From positions 6,017 to 70,016 of the forward strand of contig FLMG01002721.1 of the NCBI GenBank assembly GCA_900088475.1: a stretch of DNA of 64,000 bases, given 5' to 3'. Below are positions 37,659-49,339 of this stretch, in pieces. How positions within the stretch are numbered: position 1 is the first letter of the stretch; every line of letters starts with the position of its first letter. The translations under genes and the position numbers were made by a program. The notes beneath the pieces were generated by a model. It did not search any database, was not told the DNA's origin, and saw only the letters and a program-made list of their open reading frames with translations. The stretch comes from Hyphochytrium catenoides. Lineage: Eukaryota > Protista > Hyphochytriomycota.

Positions 37659-38432
37659 GGCAGTGGCCGCTGTTGCCCCTATGAAGGCTCCCCAGGCGTT
37701 AGGCTAGAAATCCCGTCACGACCTTCAACGGCGCGGCATGATCTCCATCCAACCCCGTGCTTCTTCCCTCACAAGATATATCCTCTCTTGGCCGTCGCTA
37801 ATATGCTCAGCCTATGACAGCCAAGTCCTGACGCCATGCATAGCATCTCTCTGATGCACGGTGAAGGGCTGCGAACATCGAAGAGTGACGTCTGCAGCTC
37901 GAGAAACATCTTCATTATCTGGGTCTCAAGGTCCAGCCGCCATCATCAGAGTCCCTAGACCTTGGTTGAGAGCTTCACAGACAGAACCGAGCTTGACCAC
38001 TCCCTCCTTACTTTATGCCTCCCCAGGCTGGTTCTAAATAATGTGCCATGAGTGTGGTCTATTCCGGTCGGACATATTGTGTATTCGAGATCGGGGTTGG
38101 AGCCGACAGAAAATTATATTCGGTCCATTCAATTCGGTTAGTTGATAAAACCTTCATCTGAAGCTCTTCTCCCAGCAGGGGAAGATCTTGTTCCTTGGCA
38201 CTTTGAGAAGAGGATGAAGGCCAGCGCAGGTGCTGTCGCTGCTGCTGAAGAGCAGGACAAGACTGCTGGAGACTGACAAGGCTGGAGACGATAGACGTGG
38301 TGAAGAGGAAGGGGCAGTCGCATACTAGAAGATAGAGTGGAGTATGAGAGAGTCGGGAGACTGTGGGGACGAAGTCTTATGGTATGAGGTGCAGGAATAG
38401 AGCTCATGGAGGCGGAGCATGAATGAAGAAAG

Positions 38433-39491
38433 ATGATGCTCTCCTACAGCAATGCAGAAGATGAGACAACGCGCCTTCTTCCCTCGTCTGTGACTCTTGT
38501 CGCTCTCAAAGCCACGGGGAAGCGCTTTGTGACGGGCATCGCCTCCTCCTATGACAATACCTTCCCTCCAGCACTCTCGGGTATCGCTGGTAGGTAGCAA
38601 AGCTAGAGAAAGGACGAGACAGACGGTCTACGGAGAGGCGCGAGGAGTGAGGAGGGAAGAGACGGGAAGGATGATTAGACGTAACGAACTAAAGGAAGAG
38701 GGAAATCAAGAAATGTGTGTGTGTGTTGGGGGTTGAGGGGGAGAGAGAGAGACAGAGAGACAGAGACAGAGAGAGAGAAAGGGAGACAGAGAGAGAGGAA
38801 GAGGAAGAATAGGCAGGCGTCGGGCAGAGAGAGAGAGAGGAGAGAGAGAGGCAGAGATAAAGGGAGAATAGGCGGGCGTGAGGTAGAGAAGAGAATAAAA
38901 AGAGGGGTGAGAACAGTGATGAGCACCGTGCTAACCTTTGACTGCAGAGGAGGACGAGTTTGCTAGCGCCTTAGTGGAGATCAACTGCACCTTGCAGGAC
39001 TATTGGCCGTGTGACTGCTGCTTCATCGCTGGCTACCTGTGCTGCCCCTGCACCTGTGGACTTTCCTTCCTTGTTCCGAACCTATGTATTAGAGATGTAT
39101 GGCCCAACCCCTAACACTTTAGAAGAGCCGCTTCCTTCGTGGTTCCCCTCTCTCATGCCAGTTTGCTTGAAACAGGTAGAAAAGTACGTGGAGACGGTGT
39201 TGGCTAGGCTGAGTAGGCGGAAGTACTGGCAGGAACGAGGCATCACATGGAGGCTGAGAAAGAATTGGCTCTCTCCTGCGGTGAGGCTTGACTATTTCTC
39301 ATCTTCTTTCAGCCATTTTCTTTGCATAGTCAGGCCTTTTATGTTCACTTATGACTCTTCAGGTCTGGCGCCAACATCTCTTGCTGCTCTCTTTGGTCGC
39401 CTGTCCACAGCCTCATCTCTTCTACCCGCCCTCTCTTACTTGTCAGATTGAACTTCAAGTTGACCGCGCGGCCCAAAAAGTAAGGACCTAG
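38433..39491 (+). CDS. Erf4/GOLGA7/CHIC-like cysteine-rich protein (putative palmitoyltransferase accessory subunit), 4 exons, largely missed by the ORF track
   Basis: Spliced: ...FVTGIASSYDNTFPPALSGIA|EEDEFASALVEINCTLQDYWPCDCCFIAGYLCCPCTCGLSFLVPNLCIRD|VEKYVETVLARLSRRKYWQERGITWRLRKNWLSPA|IELQV...*. GT-AG introns keep the frame. Confidence 0.7.
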
Positions 39492-39967
39492 CGAAGCTGC
39501 ATAGACTTAATTGGTGAGGATAGAGAAGCTCAAGGGGCTGGCAGGGCCAGTCCACCTTAACAGAAAGAAGGGAAGGAGATAACAAGGGGAACGATAGCAG
39601 CCCTGTCTTGGCCTGTTAAGCACAATAAATTATTAGCTGATTGACCTAGGTCCCGCTACATATCTCTGACAGCTGCAGAGGAGAGCTGGAACCCGCTCTG
39701 CCAGAAGCTCTGCGTCTATTGCTTGCCCTACCTTCCCTACATCACCACTCTCTTACAAGCCCATCTCCCTCCTGCAATCTTGATCCCATGAGAGTACACA
39801 TTGGGAGCTGGACTATCTTGCATCGACTGATATCATCTCTAATACCTACGCTTTCTTAAGCAAGCACACACCATATTCTCTCACCAGTAGCTCGTCTGCT
39901 TCAGAAAGGCAACAACTACCATGGCTCTTAGGTGAAGGAAGCTGGAGATGGAGGTGAAGAGGCTGCC

Positions 39968-42900
39968 TCATCCGGTCAGAAAGCCTCTGACAGTCACTCT
40001 AAATGGTGTCATCTTCTGCGTGAACTTGTCTCTGTTGTTGACCTCAAGATTCCGTCGCACGTCGACAAAGAGTTTGGAAAATGCTTCTTCCAGCCGAGCC
40101 TGGTTCTGAGGGCTTTGCGTCATGATGAGCTGCTGCTTACACTGCTGGAACGCCTGGGTTTACCGGCACAGACCACATGAGATGGAGAGGTCAGGAGAGA
40201 AGTGGAGCTGAGCTGATAAAAGAGAATAAAGGCAAGAACATGCTTGAGACATCGCCGTGGAGTTCTGACAAGACGTACGAGGTGCATCAGACAAAGAGAG
40301 CTAACTAATATGGCCTCGAGGGCAAGCGAACCTAAATCTGCAGAATAGGCTTGGTAAACAACGACGTGCTCAGCTTACCTCCTCACTGGCAAGTGTAATG
40401 CTGAGAATTGGTCTGGAGAGAGACCACTGGATATTCGTCTCGCCAAAGAGGATAATATTGAAAAGGGTCGAGAGAAGAGCTGTCAGAAGCCCTGGGTTGG
40501 CGCTGAGATGCAGCTTCATCTTCCTCATTATGGGTGTGTCTTTGGAAGAGTTTGAGAAGTGGTAGGTAGCAAGATAGTCCACGGCGGAGGCGCATTGTGT
40601 ACAAAGGGTTGAGTCTGGAGACACGAGCAGCAAGAGAGATAAGCTGAGTGGGACCGCACAGGGCAAGTGCTCTAGACTGCATGCGAGGCTCCCATGGAGT
40701 TGCAACAATGCTTTCCTCGACTATAGCCCTTGCTTCTCACTGGCCTCTGACTTACCTAAGGAGTTGAGTCCCTCGTGCAAGGAGTTGATCAGCTGCATGA
40801 AGATCGGTGTGTCCAGCATGATCACGAAAGGAACGTGGTTCCGGAACAAGATTTCCAAAAATGAGAAGTATGCTTTTGTGAGCTTAGGATATGTCTGCAG
40901 TCAATGGGATGGCCGTGGATAACGGTACCGGGAGTAGGAGCAATGTTAGATTAACTGACAGAGCGGTAGTAAGCCGGGGTTACTAGACTAGCGTTTACAA
41001 GGTTGATGTCTCCAGAAAGAAAGCGTTGAGCAATATCAACTCTAGCGGAGGAGCAAGGAACAGTGCTACAAGAGACGCTCAGCCGAGCAAGGAGATGCAT
41101 TACACCCAGTATGGTCTATGTTAAGGAGACCACGCTCACAACAGAGCAAGAACCAATAGGCAGAGAATCCCTTGAGAGTATCGGCAGATAAGTATAGGGA
41201 GAGTCGGGTGATGGCAAATTAGCAGAATCGTCGGCGACGAGGAACAAGTGAGTGGAAGGTAAGATAGCTCAGAGAAGCCACGGAGGTCTGGACACTATGA
41301 GGTGAGAAGGGTAGTACCATGAGCTCCTGTAAGGGCACTGAGAGCGCAAGCTGCAGCGCTATTTCCAGTGCATTATCCAGGGCCTTGTCATTGTACAACG
41401 CAAACACGCCAAAGTTAACGTAGCCGCCGGCTGCGAAGGTCATAGAAGTGGTAAAGGATATTGAGATTAGTTTACATCTGTGAAGGGAGCGGTAAACGGT
41501 GGTACATGAAGAGGAGAATATGATACATCTGCATCACTTTCTGGGTTACATTCAGAGTGTAGCCACAAAGGACCGGCACCAAAGGGCATGGGAGATCGCG
41601 CCAAGGATAATGTAAGCGAACATTGAAGGAAGAGAGGAGACACAAAGCAGCTCCAGAATAGGTGAACCAGATTGAGAAAGAGGCAGAGGAGAACGTATCA
41701 CAAGGTCGGGATGTGTCACAGGTCATACCGAGTGCTCTGGATAGCACCGCTAGCGTAAGCCTAATCCCCTTGTACTTGTTTCGATAGAGATCAGACCGCT
41801 GGAAGAGCCGGTCAGTCAGTACGCCGCCATTGCCATAGAGGCAAGGACTGAGCATCACAATACGACAACCTAGGAAAATGCAGGAGACATACGGCGTGGC
41901 TGCAGCTAACGGGACCCAGAAGCCGAATGCCTAAGCAGACCCGTCTAGAAGAGGCAAGCAAGCCACCCGCGAGCATGGCGATAGTAGGGAGCAAGGAGCA
42001 GTAGCGACCTCGTCTTACCGGCTGATAGTTAACAACCTGCCTTCCATAAGCCACTATAGTCTCTGAGATTTCTCTAAAGAGCAGGATGCCGTTGGGCGAG
42101 GACTGATCAAAGACCACTCTATGCGACTTATTATAGGCGAACTCGTTCATGAACTGAAGCAACGCGGTTATCACGCTAGGGTCATCGTAGCACTCCTTGC
42201 CAGCCCGCACGAAGACAGGAAAGTATGCTGGGTAAAGGTACTCGAAGAGGCAGCCATAGGTTTTTCTGTTATGCGTGCTGGAGGTGATGCCTCTGAGGTC
42301 TCTGCAGACGCCAGTAATGGCTTGCTTCACGCTATCTGTGCGGAAGTTTGGAGTCTGTTGCAGTTGTGCTACAAGCAAGAGGGCCATTAGACGCACAAAG
42401 AGTAAAAACGTTCAAACTAACTGAGAGGCGGCAAAACAAAGAGCAGTAGGAGTCCGTGAAAAAGCCATCAGATTATGCGACCAAGTAGGAAGAGAGAAGG
42501 TCGACTGAGGGGTAAACATCTGAAGGAGCGTCAAGGAGAGACAACACTGACAAGGATGGCATTTCCCTTACCTAGAGTATTAAGGATGGGCTGCACAAAG
42601 ATGTCAAATCTTTCTAGCGAGTCATCAATGGATGAGAGCAGTATCTTCGTGAGAGTCGAGTAGAAAAGTGTCCGATGGCGAGTATTGGCAGGATAGCTAA
42701 GGAAAGGGAAGTCCTCGGCAGTATGGTGCTGCATCAAATACTGCACAGTGTCCAGGGAAAGAAGGAGCTTCCCGCTGCCATAGCCTGAAGCGATTTCCCA
42801 GAAAAGCTCTAGAGTCTTCCCTATAATCTCTTCCTCTTCCGCCCAATACTTTAGATTGTTCCCTATCTTGGTGACAATCATATTCACAACGACGATATGG

Positions 42901-45900
42901 TCCCCCAGACCCATTCTCTCGAACATACGCTGATAAGCTCTTTGTTTTCCGGAAAGGGCGGTGATATCCGTGCTCTGAGACGGCATTCCATGCTGCTCCC
43001 CGATGTAAGACCGTCGGAACGCGTGGAAGTAAAAAAGGAGAGCGAGTTCAAGCTTCGTGTCACACCTGCTCTGTCCTCTCGTGCTTGTGGCTCTATATTC
43101 TACGATCCTCATTAGTTCAAAGGTTCTCCTGGATAGGTCAGCGTCAACCGACTCATCACCATCCCTAACTTGGCTAGAGGCCCAAGCGTGGCCTCCAATG
43201 ACCGCGCCCACGAAATAAGTCAGCCAGGTCATCTTTCCTTCTAAGGATTGCAACTTGGCGGCTGTGGGTTGATCTGACGGAGCTGGATTGACTTGCAATA
43301 TGTCCTTGTATTGGCGAAGTAGCGGATCAAAGAGAGAAACGAGGTACTGTCCGATGGTCTCATATTGGTGTCGAACTATGGTGGGCAGTCTTTCCAGCTG
43401 CTCTTTGAGATTGCCCTCATCCTCAAGCGGATCCTCGAAGGCCTCATTCTGCAACACCATGTCCACAGAGTCGATACGAGACTGCACATAAGCCTGCACC
43501 ACCTAATATCGAAGAAGAAGGACACCTGAGGTTAGTCGAACTCGAAGTTCCTACTATCTCAAACAAACAAGAGCGCAGCCATTGAGGGCCTTAAGGCACT
43601 AGACTACTCGCCACCTCGTAGTGGGCGGTTGACAGATATCTCAGGGATATTCACAAAGGGTAATGCTGGTCAATGAGTGACAAGATAGAGAAAGGTGGCG
43701 GGCAAAGTACCCTAGGAATGTATCCGTCCAAGTTCGCTGCAGATCTCCCTTGCGCATCCGGCTTGACGTATGGCACGGCCGCCACCAGCCTCGCCCAAAG
43801 GCTCAGTAAATAGTGCACACTGTTTGCAGAGAACTAGATACACGTTGAGAAGGCGATAACTGTTCAGTATTGGGGCGGCAGTGACAGAAAAGCAAATAAA
43901 GCAAGGAAAGAGCAAAGCCCATCTACCTGAAGAACCAGATCAGGTGTCAGACAGAGCACTGGAGTAGAAGAACTTTAAAAAAATCACCAGTGCATACTTG
44001 AAGAGTAGCAAGGAAGTTGGCGATCCTTATGTTTACCTGCCATTGCTGAAAGCTATTCACAGTGAAACTGGCTGCTAAATCCATCCACTCCCGGTACCCG
44101 TCCGTCTTGACCAGCTCAGAGAGTTGATAGTTCGTCTTTAGCCGACCCAGCAATCTGCAGAACTCATGATAGTTGGCGGGATCAGACAGCCCGACCTGCT
44201 TCGATAGGATCTCTCGGGTTCCAGAGAGAAGCTGTGCCAGGAAGCGAGATAGCTCCTTATCCGTGGAAAACAGTGAGCGCCGACAGGATGAAAGGAGAAG
44301 GAGAACTTCTAAAGCCTTCGCGCTATTAGGCGGCTCTGATTGCTGGTAAGCCTGAAATAACATATCCATGGTTGCAGGCTCTTGGATAAGAGGTCGCCAT
44401 GTGCTAGGCACCTACAAAGCACATCAGACTCTTAGTAAATCATGCGTGAAGCCACTCGGACTGACAAGGCCCATAATCAAATTTGAGAGAGAGGAAATCC
44501 TTTCTGTGGCCGACAAGACTTCTCAGAAGGAGCAAAATGTGATAATGGCGCAATGGCGAAGAAATTGAGTAAGTAGCTCAAAGGCGTGGGAAGCGCTAGG
44601 AGGTGGGTCTTCCCTCTAATACTTTCCCAATTTAAGACAGAACGACACAAAAGACGCGCTGAAGGTGGAGACCACTGAGAGAAGAGGATTGAGATAGAGG
44701 AAAATGGAGAGAGTCAAGTCAGCTGCACCTGGATAGCTCCGATGTCCTCTGCGGACTCGTCCGGGTTGGTGCCAATGAAGTCAAAGGACAGACATTTGAC
44801 GGCAAGGTCCAGCGATAGCTCGGTCATTTTATTCTCCTGGCTCTTATCCGCTGTCACCACTGTTCTTAGTTGTAGCTGTCGCAGAGTTGTGAGGGAGACC
44901 TGAAATATCTGTTAAAAGAAAGAGGCACACGGTTCAGTAGTCTGTTGACGGGCGGAATCGAGTCCTCTGTAAACTTAGGTGAGAGGCCCTCCCTAGATTG
45001 GCGTCTTAGACACCACACGACAAAGAGAGTATGAAGAAATTGAGAAAGAGCAGAGGAACCGGGAAAGAGCCAAGGATGCCGAAAGTAGGCGGGGCAACCG
45101 TGGACCTGACGCGTTGTTTCTCGGCCCAGTATGCCTTAGAAGGTGGGAGCGTAAGATAACTGAGGGCTGGCCCGTCATACCTGATAAAGAGACTCATCTC
45201 TGAAAGATACAGCGGTCTTTCTGTGCTGCGCAAGAGTCCGTCCGCTGGTAGGTTGATTCATCTCATTCACTAACTCAATGAGGATTTGCAGTCCTATGAG
45301 GCAGTGCTCCACCGTCGCCTGGGCAGTGAGAACAAGCTTAATAACCAGCCATGTGCAGCTTTTTCGAGACAGCACCAGACCAAGGTGATATGGGATATTT
45401 CGACGCTTTAGACAGGGACCAAGGAACAGAGAAGTGGGTAACAACGCACACCAAGCAGAGCTTTCTGAGAAGTACATATGACAAGCCAGGCTTTCACATG
45501 CTGGGATTGAGAGAGCATAGACAAATAGAGAGCCAGAGACTGCGAGCTGAATAGAGGATACCAGGCCGGCAAAAATGGTGAGGGCAAAACGGGGGAAAGT
45601 CGGGGAAAGAGTTTACCTGTAGGAATTTGCTGACTTCCTGAGTAATTTTCCTGTGCTGGTCATCGTCAAACCAGCCGAGCTTGCTGATACGACAGACGAG
45701 TTGGATTAGGGAAACGTTGACAAACTTTTCCATCAAGGGACCTTTCTGGGCGAGATAGTTCAGAATATAGTTCCCTGTGCGAGCAGTCAGAGGAAACACG
45801 TGAGAGCTGAGCCCATACGGAACCGCAGACCGGGCGCTATAGACATAGAATAACACAAGAAGATTGAAAGGTGAACCACATAAGGAAGTAGTAGAAAAAC

Positions 45901-46298
45901 TTAAGGGTGCGCTAGGGCTGTGCCTCAAGACAGAGACTGTCCCAGTAACGAGCCTCGGCGCGGGAAAACAGAAAGACTTGCAGCCGCAACGAGTCAGTGG
46001 GGTCGCTACAATGGACAAAGAGATAGGATCGTCGCTCGGACGTACTTATGTCAATCCTTTGTGGCACGCTGAAGTTGTTCCAGTGCGTGGTGATGAGCTT
46101 GGTGAGACTGTTACTAGCCACCAGGAGCGCGAAGGGCACTTTGCTATTGTCCAGAACATACTGGCATTGAGGAATATAGTCCGCGGAGCTTTGTAGCACC
46201 AAAACCTGCTGCTGCGCATGAACTCGCTCCGCCTCATTGGGGGAGCTATAGAGAGTCGTGCACAGCCGCTCTATCTGCGCCAGCTGGGTGCCATCCAT
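39968..46298 (-). CDS. XPO7: Exportin-7 (RanBP16/17), multi-exon
   Basis: MDGTQLAQIERLCTTLY...YIPQCQYVLDNS, CRISKLGWFD, HRKTAVSFRD, NYHEFCRLLGRLKTNYQLSELV, FDQSSPNGILLFRE, GGYVNFGVFALY, C-terminal RNLEVNNRDKFTQ. Confidence 0.95.
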
Positions 46299-47039
46299 TC
46301 TGTCGGACGTTAGGCTACCAATGGGACAGAGAAGCGTGGCAGGGAAAACCAGGACCCTACGATGCCCTTCTAAATATAAGTGAGCCCAATGTGCATGAAA
46401 GGTTCTGTGAAGGAGCCGCGACAAGAACTTCAGCGGGCTGGAGAGGTGGGAAGGCCAAGCCCGGGCACTCGCAGCCGACAAGGTCGTGATTCAATCCCCT
46501 GCCGCGATGATGCTTATCTCAGTCTATACTTGAGTCCCAGTACGTTCAAAGGATTACGCTGCAATCGAAGAAGTGGGCTGACAGGTGGTGAGGGTACCGA
46601 GAGAGAGCGAGACAGAGAGAGCGAGACAGAGAAAGCGAGAGAGCGAGAGAGCGAGAGAGAGAGAGAGAGAGACGTTGCTCTGCGGATGAAGATGCTCGTG
46701 GGAGGTGCGAGTGCTGGTGGCGGATCTAGTGACATGATCTTTCCCCTGCGCATCAACCGCCTGGCCTCCCTCACCTCATATCCTACAGACATTACGAATA
46801 AGGACTCTTGTATTCGGGACCTGTATGGCTTCTCATGATTCTCAGTTCATTTGTAATCTATTCGGTTTTATTGTGAGATAATGATGATTCTACTGAATCA
46901 TATCGGGGATTTAGGCTGAAGGTAATATCTGGATGAGTACAGTAACACAAACAAATGAATCTTCTTTTGTGTGAGAGACAGAGCAGAGAGAGAAAGGCAG
47001 AGACAAAGAGAGGGTTGTCTAGGGACGCTGGCAGACAGA

Positions 47040-47112
47040 GTACGGAGAGAGAGAGAAGAGTGAGAAAGAGAGAGAGAGAGAGAGATTGTGTGTGAGAGAG
47101 AGAGAGAGAGAG
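47040..47112. repeat. (GA)n microsatellite between XPO7 and the endonuclease-kinase gene
   Basis: Visible GA/GT runs. Confidence 0.85.
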
Positions 47113-47462
47113 ATCAAATGTGGCTTTCGATTTTCAGGCCTTCTGGAGTTCTGATCAATCTTCTTGACTCTCCCACGTCCCCGGCGGTCGCCCTTTCGCG
47201 CTCACTTCCCATCATGCTCGCTCGCCCTCTCTTCCGCTATTCTCCCGCCTCCTTTCCGTAGCCTGTCTAGCCTGGTTCTTCTGTTTATCTCTCTCTCCCC
47301 CCCNNNNNNNNNNNNNNNNNNNNNNNNNCCCAATCTACCTCTCTCTCTCTCCCCCACATCTCATCGAGAGTGTGCTCCATGATCTAGCGCAAAAGAAACT
47401 ACTTCTTTTCTACCTCTGCTTGCCTGCCCTGTGAGGCCACATCATGAACGCTGCCACCAGCT

Positions 47463-49276
47463 ATGGCCTGGCGAGTCCGAGGCTGCCTTCTCCCATCCGC
47501 CGTGGCAGTGGATGATCCAGAAGCCTGTGCGCTGCTCTATCAATGTGGCTGCTATGGCTTACGCTCCCCGCATTTTGCCTCCGGCGGGGGCCTCATCCTC
47601 TCCTTCGAAGAGATTGCCTTTCTAATGGCGGAGGGCGATCTGGTGCTTGACATTGCTGATGAAGCGGGAGAGATCATAACTCAGGAGACGCTCTGGTCTA
47701 CTATCATCAGGTGCTGCTTAGATGCTGTTGAACGGCCTTTCTTCTCCCTTTCCTCCCCGCGTTCTCCTAACGCCCGGCCATAGCCTCTTCTATGCTCAGC
47801 AGCCTTACTGTCTTCGCCTCCCTGCTTTCATCTCTCTGACCTCTTGAAGGCACAGGGCATCCTTCCTTCCAAGCTTTATCGTCTACGCGCACTTTCGCCG
47901 CTTGGGTTGGATACTTCGGCGAGGCCACAACTATGGAACAGACTTCCTCCTTTACCCTGGCCCTCCCTCAGAGTTCCATTCTCTCTACTGCGCACTCATA
48001 ACAGAGCCCATCCGGAGCGTCAGATGGAAGCAGCTGCAGGTGTGACAAACCTGAACTTGGTCCTACTTCTGTCTTGGCACTTGTCCTGGTCGCTTGTTGT
48101 TCGCTAAGAAGGGATCTTATTCCGCTTTCTCTCTATACGTGAATGACTTATCTTTGCTTAGAGCTATAAACCGGCGTGGGTTGTCGTCACGAAGTCCACC
48201 TCACGGACAATCTCTTCTACTCTCTCGTTCCCCTCTATTCCATCTGCTTTCAGGGCCTTCTTCGCATTATGCCCGATGTCAAGAAGTCGTTGCTCCTTTG
48301 CTGCGTGACAGTTCCTGCAGAGCTAGCAATCCCTTCCTACAACTCGGAGAATCTGCGTGCCCTGCTCAGTAGAAGCAGCGTTTCTGTCGTCTCCATGAAG
48401 TTTGAGCCCTCTCCTGTGCGCCTGTCTAGTCCAATATTCTCCTCTCCTATAAGCAAGCCTTCCTACCAAACTTCCAGCTCTATTTCTGGACTGAACCCCT
48501 ACTCTACGTCAGAGAAGGGGATCCAACAACCCTCATCTGCCGGCTTAGCTTCTGTTGAGGATCTTAAAGAGCTAGCGGCTGAGAAGCGCTTCAGGATGGT
48601 GCTTCTTGTTGGCCTTCCTGGTAGCGGCAAGAGTTTCCTGTCTTCTAGAATCTTTGGCGGGGAAGGTGAGGTGGACTAGCCTGCTGCTTGTTCTTCGCTA
48701 ATGCCCTTCTTTCGGCTCCCCTTCTTACATCAGATTTTGCACTCTATGTAGGCTGGGTCATTGTCTCTCAGGACGAATTGGGTTCCAGACAGCGTTGCGT
48801 CGACCTTGTGAAGGTAAGGACTGCAGCAGAGAAGAAGTAAGCTCTCGTACTCACGTGCTCTTCACACCACAGAAATCTATGAGCCAAGGCTCTCCTTTTA
48901 TCATTGATCGCTGCAATGTGACGAAAGAGAGCAGAGCAGAATGGATTGACTTGCTGAAGAGACATAATGAGGGCGCCCAGAGCTGCTGCATCACACTTCT
49001 CTCTCCCTTACAAATATGTCGTGACCGTGTCTATACCAGGGTAGGTCATAAAGCTCTGAAAGGGAGAGAGCGTGCTATGCGGTAAGTAATTTATGGCCGT
49101 CTCCTTTTGACCGCTTTATAGGGTTTCACGTCTTTGCTCTAGCCCGTATGTCACTATATCATTCACCCCCCGTCCTTTGTCCCTCGTCGCCCAGGGTCGT
49201 AGATATCTTCGCTCGAAGCTTTGAGATGCCGGTGGAAGAAGAAGGTTTCAACACATACTACATTATTCAGCAATAA
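47463..49276 (+). CDS. tRNA-splicing endonuclease catalytic subunit (Sen2-like) fused to a C-terminal polynucleotide-kinase-like (AAA_33-type) P-loop domain, 6 exons
   Basis: Exons 47463-47710, 47850-48039, 48254-48665, 48752-48813, 48873-49081 and 49195-49276 splice in frame. Endonuclease: LILSFEEIAFL, VYAHFRRLGWILRRGHNYGTDFLLY..HS, RIMPDVKKSLLLC. Kinase: LVGLPGSGKS, SQDELG, IIDRCN, ICRDRVYTRVGH, PVEEEGF. Confidence 0.8.
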
Positions 49277-49339
49277 ATAGGAGGAAATTGGACTTCTTCT
49301 GGAGAGCCAACCTCTGCTACTGATGAAGTGGACGTATTG

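Noticed and set aside
46881-46919. C-box (ATGATGA) / D-box (CTGA) pair suggesting a snoRNA
   Set aside because: Only 39 nt long, with no convincing terminal stem or recognisable guide sequence.
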